A stretch of 64,000 nt of DNA from the NCBI RefSeq assembly GCF_009914755.1, contig NC_060926.1; one strand, 5' to 3'. Position 1 is the first letter of the stretch, and each line of letters starts with the position of its first letter. Positions 25,881 through 38,570 of the stretch are shown here, piece by piece. A model generated the notes under the pieces. It saw only the letters and a list, made by a program, of their open reading frames with translations, was not told where the DNA came from and made no database searches. Source of the stretch: the human T2T-CHM13v2.0 reference genome, Homo sapiens. Made by a program: the position numbers and the translations under genes.

Positions 25881-27899
25881 TGGACTAAATTGCACCTGTG
25901 CTTTCTGAGTGAAAGATTAGGAACTGCGGGCTCAGAAGGGAAGAGGCTGATCAGGTGAGGTTTATGATTTGGCAGGCTATCTGGGGGGATAAAGTCCATA
26001 GAAAGCAAAAAGTATGTGTTTGAGCTGCAGGAGACAGATCTGGGATATAGGAAAGGATTTGGGTGTTACCTGTTGTGAAAGACCTGGAAGACCCAAAGTG
26101 ATGAAAAAAGCAGATCTCTGGGCTCCGGAAGGTACTTAGTGGTTGTCTCTGTGGTGCTGATGAAAGGAGTTTCCTGGAGAGGTAGGTAAAGAAAGACCTA
26201 AAATACTGAGTTCAAGTGGACTGATGGGCTGGAATGGGGCAAGCAGCCAGGGGGAGAGAAGGTGGGCATAGACCCGGCCAGGGGTGGTTTTTCAGCAGAG
26301 GAGTTGTCAACAGAAACTCAATGCTGCAGTGTTTAGGGAAAACAAGGCAAATAAGGAAATTGTCAGAAGACAGAATACAGAGCCCTGCAGTCAATTTCCG
26401 TCACCTCTTTTTAATTCTCCAATTTCACTCCTCTTTCAGACTCAGTTCAAGACCAAGTTCAAATTCAATCTCCTCCAGAAAGCCTTCCCTCATCTCTAAA
26501 ACTCCAAGGAATCTGTCCCTTTCTAAAGTTTCCGAAGGAATGTTGGTCTGTACAAATCATCTAGGAATTACCAATATAAAAATATAACTTCTGAACAACT
26601 GATCTATTATTGTCCTAAAATAAAGTTATTTAACATTTCACAGGTAAAATATGTTGTATTCCTCATTCAGCCACCTAACATCTCCCTGGAACACATACAA
26701 GGGTTGCATAAAAGGGAATTCTAGCTCCTGTCACTTTTGCCTTCTGACTCCTGAGCTTTGTAAGTTGCCCCTCCCTCCACTCTCAGTCTTACTTACAGGT
26801 CTGAAATAATGTTCAGCATCTTTTCTCTGGCAATGACTTTGCCTCCTCTTTTGTTCTGCCTCAGTTTCCTCATTGGTAGACTGCAGCCCTTATACCACTT
26901 CATGGAAAGCTTTTCCACCAAGCTGCCTCGTGAAAGAAACCAAACATCTCTCATGAGACTGCATACTCTAAGGAGAGAATCGAGGTCAAGCTCTGTGCCT
27001 CGTCATCGCCTACCATGTGTACAGCAGAGCCCTCCACAAGCTGGCGCGTGATAAAGTTTGCTAAGTTTAATTTACCTTTAAAGAAAGTGGCAAAACTCCA
27101 GTGAAAGGAGCAGTGTGTGTGCAAATTGAGGCCAGAAATGAATTGCTAATTAGTTTCTCTCAGTTATAACAGTGGGTCTTGCACACTGAAGATATCTATC
27201 AAGTAAAATCTAGCAACCCAAGGCCAAAGAAATAAATGTTGAATCTCCAAACTGAACAAGTGGGTAGGACAGAGCTTGGTAAGTTACTGATGGTGAAAAC
27301 AAATGTATAGTAGGCAGAGGTCCCTCCCTTAAATATTGGCCTCCCTTACACGATATAATACTGAATAGCTGCTACTCTCCTTGAACCTCTGACCTCAGTC
27401 TTCCATGATGAAAGACGTCTTAGTGCTCTGCTGTTTGCAGCAGGCCAGAAAGATCATTAATGGGAGGTAAACAGGAGTGACCAGGGCTGGCCATCACTTT
27501 GAGACCACCTTTCTATCTTCCCTTTGCCTATTCCAGATACTGCCATTGGAATGTTTTTAAAACAGAGGAATCCAACCCTGCTGAAGAGTCATTTTGCTTG
27601 GGTTCAGTTATGTCTTGGCTTACTCCATTCAAAGAGATTCATCTGTTTATCACACTGTGGATTGAGATGAAGGAACAGCCCCCAGGAACGAAAGGAAACA
27701 CAGCATGGTGAATAATCTCCACCCTCAAAAGGCACAGTCATTCTGAAAAGCCACGTGCTCTGTTTACTTTCAGCCATCACTGTGCCCACATTCCCAGCCA
27801 TAATATTCCACTTTCAAATATGTTCTTTTCCCATTCATACATATTTATCCCATATTAACCTCACGTATAAGTGCCAACTTCATACTTTCGTTCATTTTT

Positions 27900-28140
27900 A
27901 TAACATTTATTAAATGCCTTATATGTGCCTGGCACAGTGCTAAATGCTTTCTCACAGGTTATATCATTGAGTCATCATATCAATGGCTACAAGGTGACTA
28001 CTGCTATCTCCGTTTTACTACTGAGGAAACTAAAACACAGAGAAGTGAAGTCACTTACCTGAAGTTTCACAGCTAACAAATAATAAAGTTAGATTAGAAT
28101 CCACATTTTCTAAAGCTAAGACCAGTTTTCATTGTACCAT
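27900..28140 (-). mobile_element. MIR
   Basis: aacatttattaaatgccttatatgtgcctggcacagtgctaaatgcttt...ttttactactgaggaaactaaaacacagagaagtgaagtcacttacc. Confidence 0.85.
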
Positions 28141-28355
28141 ACTTGCCTTTAACAAGTGTATAGTTTTTAAGAATTAGTAATTATGCATAATAGTTATAAA
28201 TTATGAATTCCAGGGCAGGGAAGATGTCTATGGTTTTATATATTACATTTATTAATCTATCTGTAATTATTTTAGAGTTTAGAGTACATATGAAATTTTG
28301 TAGTAATTTCCATTTGGCATTCTGCCAGTCATTCACTTGTCCTAGCAACATTCCT

Positions 28356-28674
<319 letters not shown>

Positions 28675-30075
28675 TTTAGCAACATTTCTAACACTCTTTT
28701 TCTTTGAACATCTATGTCAAAATACTGTCCATGCCACCATCTCTTCTGCATCTCCTCCTCCACACATGTGAACACTACCTGTTCCTTCTTCCATTTGTGG
28801 TCACAGGACAGATTTGCAGAGTTGGTGATGCTAAACCACACGTATTAGGGATTCAGAGGGATGAAAAGTCTTTTTTTAGGTTCTAAATAACACGTATTGG
28901 AATTTAATGAAAATGGAGCCTATAGTTATAACCACACTTGGGAATGAACTGGGTCCCAGCAAACTAAGACTGAAGACTATGCAGGTGGTGTGTTTAGATC
29001 TTCACTTCGATCAGTTTTGACGTAAATCTGGGAATAAGTGGCTATTCCCTGGCCCAGTCATCTGGCCTATAAGCTAGTGGGTTTGGGATATGTGCAGTTT
29101 GGGCTGAAAATTTTGAAGTATCCAATAAAAACAAGAGCTTAAAATGGGAGACACTGACACAAAGTAGTGTGAAAACACACTCTGTTCCAATAAAGACAGC
29201 TGAAAAAATTCTCCTTTTTGTAACATTGAGTAAAAGCGATGACATATTTGGTCTCACACTGAATTCATAAAAACAGTGGTTTTTTTGCAGAGGGTGAAAA
29301 CATTCTTCGGTGTCAATTTCCAGCAACAAATGCTAGCATTTCACAACAGGTGAACTTTGGAAACCTGAGAGAGCAGACAGAGAGCATCATCTCTCTAAGA
29401 ACAGAACTTTGGGTTCCTTCTCAATATTCACACCAGAAATTTCTGCAGGCCAGTTTATTCTTCTATATTGTTTCTGCCTGTTGTGAATTAAGTTTGAAAT
29501 ACCTTCTCCTGACATGTGGCATTTCACCTTGGTGCTCTTTCTCCATGGAAAAGTCTTGCCCATCTGTTTTGAGGCAACTTGGCATCGGAATCTGATTCCA
29601 CTTGGAAACTTTAGGATGAAACTGGACTTCAATGCACATTAATCTCAACTAATCCTGCAGGTGGACACATGCACCAAGAGCCTCACTGACTGATGTGCAA
29701 GTTTCCTCACCATGCAAGCTGCAATCATACCACTGACTCCACTCCAATGAGCTCCTCTCTCCTGAACACCCCAAGCTCCCTACCCTGCTGCTGGGATGGG
29801 ATCCCTTGGCTTGTTTGCATATTTTAGCCTGCTCAGGCTCCTGTTTAGCATTTGTTTTTCTTGGCATTGTGTTCATTTTTATTATACCCTTGACAGACCA
29901 AATCCTAGTGCCAGCAGGCCACAATGAAACAAACACTTACAATTTATAGAAGAAATTCAGATTCTATTTTCCATGAAGCCTAGAATTTCATCGCCTGGTA
30001 AAATACTGCAGTCAGGACAGTAGGCTCCCACTACACTTATGTGACCTTCAGAACTGCCTCTTATGTTTAAATCAA

Positions 30076-30102
30076 TCTCTCTCTCTCTCTCTGTCTCTCT
30101 CT
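30076..30102. repeat. (TC)n microsatellite
   Basis: Direct reading, one interruption. Confidence 0.9.
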
Positions 30103-30689
30103 TTGCATGTACACACAGCTCCAATTAAAGCAAACTCTGGTACAGATGCCTGTTAACTTTCATAATATAGCCACAAACCTAGCTGCTGAACATTTTAGCA
30201 CTTAAAACCAGCTGTTATCTTTAAACAGTTATGAAAGTCTGAGTTCCAATGATTCCAATTCTGTCTATACAAGATACAGCTTTAGGCTGGCTGCTCACAG
30301 TTCTTTCTTTACTGCTAGACAATTTTCCCTAAAGACCTAAGACCCTGAGGGATCTTTGGGCCCAGCTGTATATGTATTCTCTCACCAAAACATCCTACCT
30401 CCTGAAAATCTCCATCTGAGCTTGGACACTGCTCTCATTACCCACTTGTCACACAGCCACCTGTGGGTACCGTCAGGGCACATATGAGATGATCGTTCCT
30501 GTGCTTAAGGCTATGGGTTCCCCCAAAGAGAATGAAACAAGAGCCTTACTCCTAAAAAATGAATCTAGCTAAGAAGGAACATCTTAAAACAGCTAGAATA
30601 ATCAATACACATTCTGTGTTCCACTGACATTCATAGTCATGAAGTTTAATGAATACTCTCCAAATTTTATTGGTTATGAAATATCTAAT

Positions 30690-30830
30690 AAAAACTCATG
30701 GAAGATAGAAAGTTATGACCAGGTAAGGATATACAATGGATTTCTGGAAGGCTAGTAATGCTAGTAATATGCTCTTTCATATCTAAGTGGGCATTCCATG
30801 TATATATGCTCTCTTAACAATTTGTTGAAA
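30690..30830 (+). mobile_element. L1MC/ME 3' UTR fragment
   Basis: ttctggaaggctagtaatgctagtaatatgctctttcatatctaagtggg resembles the old L1 3' end. Confidence 0.5.
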
Positions 30831-31158
30831 TCATCTGCCATGACCTGAGAGCTGAGCTATAACTAATTTTATAACTAAGAAGAAAACTGGATGACCTGAA
30901 TCTTGTTGCTCCTCAGATAGTTTGCAACATGGTAAGGAGGTTCTTCTTAGAGTGGTCACTAGACTTTTTAGCTCATCTTTTGCTGGGGTCAGAGGCTTGT
31001 GTTTCTGAACTTCACACAACACTGTCAGACCCTCCTTCCTGGAACACTGGTTCTTTAAAACTACAGCCTGCTGTAGAACTGAAATGTGCTCTCTCTCTTG
31101 CCCAGGGCGTTGTGTCCCAGCTTCACTAAAAGACACCTATAAGATCTAGCTTCACATC

Positions 31159-31533
31159 TGTGATGGCTAATTTTATGCGTCAACTTGGAGAGTGTTTCTG
31201 GATGAGATTATCATTTAAATAAGTGAACTGTGAGTAAGCAAATTTCCTCCATCATGTGGGCAGTCCTCATTCAATTGATTGAAATCCTGAATGGAACAAA
31301 AAAGTGGGTCTTCCTAAGCAAGAGGGAATTCTCCAGCAGCCTGTCTTTGGACTCCATCTGTGTATCCACCTTCATCTGCACCGTCTTCATCTGTCAGGTC
31401 TCTGCCTGCTGGCTTTCAGACTGGAACTCCACTATCAGCAATGCTAGATCTGTAGCCTGCTGGCCCACACTGAAGACTTTGTACTCACCAGCCTCCATAA
31501 TTGCATGAACCAATTCCTTATAACAAATCATAT

Positions 31534-31581
<48 letters not shown>

Positions 31582-31625
31582 AATCACATCCTCTTGGTTC
31601 TGTTTCTCTGGAGAACCCTAATACA
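31159..31625 (+). mobile_element. MLT2 (B/D-like) ERVL solo LTR
   Basis: tgtgatggctaattttatgcgtcaacttg...ggttctgtttctctggagaaccctaataca; 5-bp TSD acatc (31154-31158) / atatc (31626-31630). Confidence 0.9.
31536..31577. repeat. (GT)n microsatellite inside the MLT2 LTR
   Basis: About 21 perfect units. Confidence 0.95.
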
Positions 31626-31630
31626 ATATC

Positions 31631-32213
31631 CATTGCTGCATAACAAGTTACACCAAAACTCAAAGACTTAAAACAACCCATATTCATTATCTCACAATTT
31701 CTGTGGATCATAAGTATGGGTGCAGTGTATCGGGGCCCTCTGCTTCAGTCTCTCACAGGCTGCAATTAAGGTGTCTGCCATGCCTGTGGTATCACCTGAA
31801 AGCTTGTGTGAGGAAGAATCTGCTTCGAAGCTCATTACATTGATGTCAGTAAAATTCAGTTGCTTGTGCACTGTTATGATGAGGCACTCAATTATTCTCT
31901 GGCTGGTGGCCAGAGACCACCTTCTGTTCTTAGCCACATGGTCCTTTCCACAGGGAAGGTCATGACATGGCGGCTTGCTTCATCAGAGCAAGCTCACAAG
32001 AAGAGGTGAAGAGACAGGGTTAGCAGGTAGAAAGTCACATTCTTTCATAATAACCTAATCCTGAAAGTGACATCACGTCACTTTTTCCATATTCTATTTG
32101 TTAGAAATAAGTTACCAAGTCAAGCTTATCTTCAAGGAGAGGAGATTGCCAAGGGCAATAATACCAGGAGAAAGAGATCACTGTGAGCCATGTCAGAAGC
32201 TGTTCACTCTACC
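31631..32213 (-). mobile_element. MLT1 (E/F-like) MaLR solo LTR
   Basis: ttgctgcataacaagttacaccaaaact...ttaaaacaac...attatctcacaatttctgtgg...ccatattctatttgttagaa. Confidence 0.85.
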
Positions 32214-33633
32214 CATCCAACCTTTGCTAGGCTGGGCTCTTCCTTGTTTCTTCTTCCTGAAAATCCTACCCACAACTATCAATATATATTTCAAAAAAAA
32301 TGCAAGTTATCTCACATATAGAACACTTTGATTTTTAGAAAAAAATACATATATATATTCAGAGTTGTGCTATTTAACTTCAGGAGATTTGTAGATTAAG
32401 TTTGAACAAGCAATCGTTAGTGTTACTATTGGAAATGCACCTAATTTTATTAGAGAATTGATGCTCAGGAACGTGAACAGTTTGTTTGGGAGGCTTGTAG
32501 ATCTTCTGGACCATCTGGGAACAGAGCAACGGCCATCCTTATCAAATTTCCATTGCTGAAACTATAGTGGTAGAAACACAAGTCTAACTTAATTTGAAGG
32601 AAAACATTTTCAACCCTCAAGAGAATGACTGGTTTTAGATTCTGGGTTCTGTTTCAGGGAGGCATTTCTGTTTTCTTATTGCCTTCCTTCTTTCTATTCC
32701 ATGGAGGTCAGTTCCATTTCAAAAAGGATAGTATTTAAGGTTGGTTTTCTTTATAGTAAGGGATTTTCATGCCACCTCATCATGAAGGTATTTATTTTGC
32801 TAAGTAAAGTAAAAAAAATAAAATGATACTAAGAGATGCTTGCCAAACAAAGCTTAAAAATACAAATGAAGGGTCAGACATATATGATTGCCATAATCCA
32901 CAGACTTTTCTCAATTCAATAGAGAGAGAAGTGAGTTTTCATACTCATAATCATAGGCTTTTAAAATTAGCTCAGGAAATTAACAGTTTATTATGGTCCT
33001 GTTAATGTTATTACTATTATTCACAACATCCTCCTCTCTCTATTTTTCTCAGGTTTATCAATTGGTCTACTGTAACTTCATTTTTCCAGATGGATAGTGG
33101 GTATAATAAATAGCTTTAGCAAAAGCTTTAAATGACAAGTTTAAACATAATATTCCAAATGAAAAAAAATAAGGAAATGGCACACATGCGCACATGCACA
33201 TACATTCACAGGTGGCTTTTTAACATGGATGTAGAAAGGTGTGTATGAAGTGGGGAGGGAGATTCATTGACACCAACAGCATTAAGAAAGCCACTGAGGT
33301 GGTTTCTTTGGCTCCAGCAAAATTTGGGATCAATTTTTCTTGGCAAGAATTACGACTCCAGGGATGCTAAAAGGACATTAAAGTAGCCACAGATAGAATT
33401 AACTCTATCTATAACAGACAGAATTAACGATTGCTCTGGAAGCCTTCCAGAGTGGTGGGCTAATATAGCGTATCACAGAATTGGGAGCACAGGGGAACCA
33501 CAGAGGTGAGAAACCAGTCCTGGTTTCTCAATCACCACCAATCAATGTGGAGAGAGTCATTGTGTTAAGTTACTAGTGTAAGTGAGGCCCTGTGATGGCC
33601 ACCTGTAGCAGGGACTTTCGTTGTTCAGAGACT

Positions 33634-33636
<3 letters not shown>

Positions 33637-33665
<29 letters not shown>

Positions 33666-33682
33666 CTGTGTGTTCGTGTGTG
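33637..33682. repeat. (TG)n microsatellite, imperfect at its 3' end
   Basis: Direct reading. Confidence 0.95.
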
Positions 33683-34579
33683 TTGGTCTCAGAAGTCACT
33701 TATTTAGAAAAAGGAAGCCAACTTAATAAGAAAAGCAATAGGAAAAATTTGGTCACAGACTATGATGTAAATAGACTTGTTGAAAAATCACTGTGTCTTG
33801 GTTTTAAAGTCTTGTTAGTTCTAGCATCATTGAAAATTTTACAACTCCAACGTGCAACCAAGAAGCAGTTCTGCATATTAACTTGTCTTAACAATAGTTG
33901 GTAACAGACTGTTTAATGTCAATTAAGAATAAAGAAAGCTATAGCTGTAAGAAAAGCTGGTAGTAGGGATGAAACAAAACCAAACTTTAGACCATACCCA
34001 TCAATAGTGGCTTCATACAAACTAGGTCATCACATTATTCTGTTTTATTTCCTTGTCTTGATATCCCTAGAGAACTATAAGAATAAGATGTGCATACTAA
34101 AAAAAGATAAATTGGAGTCATTGATTGAGAAGTTGTAAGTGGTTCCTTATATATTAGTTGTTGGCAAGGAGGGGGTTGGAGTAGTGGTCACAAAAGCTAG
34201 TAGCAAAAAAAAAAAAAAAAAAAAGTAGCAAATTAATTTCCACAAAAGTGTCTAGGCTATCTTAGAAGCCCAAGGAACCCACCTTCCCCATGATAAAGCA
34301 TCCATGGTAGGTAAGTGCTATTTAAAGAACCAGGATTAATTTATGTAGATACTGATGTTATTTAAATATTTGTGAGAAAGATCTCCAGTTATAAGTACTT
34401 GTTCTCATTTTTATAAAATATGCCTATGATTTCATATTTATTTTGCTAGAATGTTTTTCCTAACACAATCTATTTTAGTTAAAGCAAAAAAAAAGTCTTT
34501 GGCATATCATACTCAACTTTGTGGTACGAAGGCATGTTGTGCAAAAATTAACATTTTTTAAAACCCAGCCAACCAACCA

Positions 34580-34735
34580 ATGCTCTGTTGAGCACCTACG
34601 ATGAGCCTTGCATAGTTTCAAGCACTTTACATGTGTTATTTTAATTAATACTGACAAAAATACAATGAAAATAGTGTTATCTATTATCCCATTTTACAGA
34701 TAGAAAAACTCAAGTTTGACCAAGTAAATATTTAA
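34580..34735 (-). mobile_element. MIR
   Basis: ttgagcacctac...aagcactttacatgtgttattttaattaat...attatccccattttacagatagaaaaactcaag. Confidence 0.8.
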
Positions 34736-35074
34736 TGGAGAATTCTCAGTTTGGGAATGCAGCACCCTTGTAAGAACCAGGCTCTCTGAGGGCCTATTTC
34801 TCCCACCAGCTGTCCAGGTAAGAATAGAGCCAAAGCACTGAGCTTTACTGTTAAGCCACTAGACTGAGAGATACATGTGTTCTTTGATATTTTAACAAAT
34901 TAAATCTGGTCCCAATGGGGCCAGGTCTTTGGAATCATCCTTCACCGTGTTACTCAAACCAATCTGTAGGTGAGATGTGTCTGGAACTCAGATTCACAGT
35001 GAAGGCTTATATAAAGCCATACATGAGGAGCTGCTCACCACCTGACCATTGGCACAAATACTCTCTAGGGCAGT

Positions 35075-35440
35075 CAGTGGTCCTCAAATTTCACAGCATG
35101 AAACACTGCCACTCTTAATGAAGTTTTCACCAGTTGGCAGACCAGTAAGGAAAATAAGGACAATAAACTAGGCATATAAAATACTAGTGAGAGACTGCCA
35201 TTTCTTTTGTCTGAGATTATACTCCTCCTACATTGTTTTGGTAGTAAATCAAAATTATATATAGAATAATGGGGATAGAGAGTGATTGGTATTTGGTTTT
35301 AAATGTTCTAATTTATTCTAACCAAAAATTTCTAATATTTGAATACTTGTGTGTATTTCTCACACTATGATATTTTGTTTTTATACTGATTCATGAAATC
35401 CAAGGTTTTTGTTACCAGTGATTCATGGAACACATAGTAT
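35075..35440. mobile_element. Possible old hAT/Charlie-type DNA transposon remnant
   Basis: Starts cagtggtcctcaaa (hAT-like terminus); body too diverged to name. Confidence 0.3.
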
Positions 35441-35462
35441 TCTCAATAATAATAGCCACTAT

Positions 35463-35915
35463 TGTAGATTGCAAAAATAATTACAAGTCTCCATTTGTCT
35501 TTGTATTTATGTCAGTTTGACTTTGAACTGTGACTTTTCAACAATAGGAAGAGTCTTTTTCTCCTTCTATTTGAATTTGCCTGGTCTTGTGACTTGGCAA
35601 TATAATGACATAAAAATAATGGTGTGCCAGTTTGAAGTGTAGGCCTCAAGAGGGCTTGATTAACTCTACTCCATCTCTTAGAACTTGCAACCAAGATGTG
35701 AAGAAGCCCAGGCTAGCTTATATAAGAAAAGAAGCCATGTGCCCAGATGAGCACCCCAATAGCCAATAACCCATTCACCCTCAGAAGTACATTCATCAGG
35801 ATACATGAGTGAGCCCAGACCAAATCAGCAACCCACAGAACCAAGAGCTCAATAAATGATTGCTAGTTTAAGCCTCTAAGTTCTGGAGTGGTTTGTTAAA
35901 CAGCAATGCCTGATA
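35463..35915 (+). mobile_element. MLT1 (H/I-like) MaLR solo LTR
   Basis: taggcctcaagagg, tgtgaagaagcccaggctagc, aataaatgattgctagtttaagcctctaagttctggagtggtttgtta. Confidence 0.8.
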
Positions 35916-36379
35916 TCATCACATCCATAGGCGCTGGTTAGAAATGGAAACGGACATTAGAAGACCCCTACTGGAACTTTTTAAAACATATATTTTTATT
36001 TAAAAGGTAGCTTTACAATCATCTTTACTGTTTTTATTTTAAAATTGAAGAAATTTAGGGGCATAGCTTTTGTGAGAATTATGCCAGCTCACACATCTAG
36101 TTATTGGTAGAAATAATTCTAGAAATTTAGAACAATAAAACTATTTCCCAGTGTTCCCTGAGTGAAGCAAAGATACCTACATTTACCTATCTCATAGTAA
36201 TTAGGTGATGTTTTCGTGACACTTTGAATGGAACTATCAATTGCCTTTGCCAATAAATGTCACTGGATTCTAGAAAATGTATTTTGATGATTCTCTTAAA
36301 GGAATGCAGACCCCACTCCTCACATGACATGCTGCCCCCATTTTAAATTAGAAGTATTTTCAATCTACTGGAGTGATTA

Positions 36380-36510
36380 GGAGTTGGGAGGCCTAAATTT
36401 AGGAAACACTGGTCCTAATCCTGTCTTCGTGAGTCATTGGTTCTCACTCTGCTCCTCAGCTTCCTCATCTGTGAAGTAATGGGGCTGGACTCAGTGACCT
36501 TTAAGGTCCT
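36380..36510 (+). mobile_element. MIR3-like fragment
   Basis: cctcagcttcctcatctgtgaagtaatggggctggactcagtgacctttaaggtcc. Confidence 0.65.
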
Positions 36511-38429
36511 CACTATGCAACAGCATCACAAGCCCTTTATCTGGTAATTCTAAATGTTTGGAAACAAGGCCCAAAAGATAAATGCATTAAAAGTTTCTAG
36601 AGCCCAAAGGCCTGGTATTTACTTAGTAGATAGCCTGCTGCTTTTCCAAAATCCAAACAAAAGAAAATTTGGTTTACAGGTGTTTTTGTTATGGGTTGTT
36701 GTAGGTTATTCTTATAGAAATGAGACTCATACATCTCTTTTTTCTAAGGTTGCTTTTGTGTATGTTATGATCGTGCTTTTCCACAGTCATTAAATGCATT
36801 CTGTGACTTGAGTTGAAATGTATTCAAGCATCCACGTGAAAATAAAACCAGGCACATTGAAACCTCTATTGCGATATTTATCACTGACTGTGCTCACATG
36901 ACTACAGAGCACCATAAAACCCTGGAGGGGTTACCTTCACTTAACTGCGTCCTTCTCTTTCACCAGCCATTTCTTATTGCAAACAGCTGCTTGGAAACGA
37001 AAAAACATTTTCTATTTCCAAGGGATCATTATTGGCTCTCAAAGTACTTTGCTCGTTTTATTTAACCAATGTTTAAGTTTAATCAAATTCCTAATTCAAA
37101 AAATGAGCCAACCTTGCATTTTGAATCACTAGCTCCTGAGACTTGTGCATTTAAAATAGTATAAAAGGGATCAAATTCAAAAGCACATGAGAAAAGTGAA
37201 GTGTGTGGTTCTTATGTGTTCTGCTTACTCCTGTGATGTTTCTGGACCAGCTGGCCTCTGCCCACACAGGGGTTCTAAGGGCACCAACCAAGTCAGCTTA
37301 TAGTGAAGGCTTCCTTGAGTTCTCATAGAGAGCCCATTCCAAATAACCTACCAAAACTGCATCAGCACCAAAGTAAGGGCAGAAAACAAGCTTCACATAA
37401 ACTTTATTAGCACTCTTTATTATGAAATAAACTAGGCTTACACTTCTTTTGGAGGGGAAAATGATGAACACAAAAAACATACCGTATTTTTACTTACTAA
37501 TGTGCACTTGTAAAATGCATGGCATGCTGCTTTACAGGCAGTAGCATATAAAATACTTTTTCCAGATGTGGATTCATAATTCTCCAAAGACTATAATAGT
37601 TATCATAAGATTTATGGAGGATAATTTATTAATCACATCTTTTTCTTTTAGAGATCTGTTGAGTAAGATGAAAGAGAACTTTAAAATGTCATTTTAACCG
37701 AAGGTAGACGGCATGATATCAAGTTACTCCTTTTGTTCAAATTATTTTTAATGACTTTATTTGTTTTATTGCCTCCACAAGTCAGTACCAACTTGGTGGT
37801 AATGATCTCTTCAGGAAATCTCTTAAGATTTTTAAAGTAAAATAGCATGGAGCTATTTTAAAAACTAAATGAACTGAACTGTGTGACTTGATTAGTGTTC
37901 ATTTATTTGAGAAACACATGAGCTACTGAAGCTTATTTTTTTATAAGATTTGGAAGAGACAAATCTTGTGAAAACTGTAGCTCATTGAACATCCACACAG
38001 CTTCCTCAACAGGAACTTAGAAGCCCACTTGTATCTAAAGTACTGCAAGTAACACATTGTTAAATAAAATACACATTTCAAACATGGATCCATTTAATCT
38101 GGCTTAGATTATTAAAATACAGCTGTGCTAAATCCATATTGAGTAATCCATATTGAGTCACATGATGAGTAAAAATACCCAAATGACCCTCTTATTGTCA
38201 TCACTTTATTTAAAGTAACTTTTGCTTAAAGCTTAATACTGCAAAAGAGAAAAAGAAAATTCTGCAATTCAGGGGGACTCATGGGTCCTAAAATCCCTTG
38301 TCCTCTCATACACCATGAAATCCCTTCCAAATCCCACTGCCCCCAGGCAGAGGCATTTACACTAGGCAATTGGCATAGATCATCATTGAATGAACAGTGG
38401 GCATACAGATTTTCGTTCATCCAGGCTCT

Positions 38430-38570
38430 TGCAACAACCAGAGTTTCTTTATCTGTACTATAAAGATAATATTTACTTTGCTGAGTTATCACAAGGGTTA
38501 AAATAAAATGATGCATGTAAGTCATCTACAGCCTGGCACATAGTATTCAATAAACAGGAACTATTGTAAT
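38430..38570 (+). mobile_element. MIR fragment
   Basis: cagagtttctttatctgta...cctggcacatagtattcaataaa. Confidence 0.7.

Noticed and set aside
33030-33095. Strong-looking plus-strand splice acceptors (also near 4340) and CAG/GTAAG donors (near 1403, 1513, 34818)
   Set aside because: They could not be paired into convincing exons; such sites are common decoys and RNA data are needed
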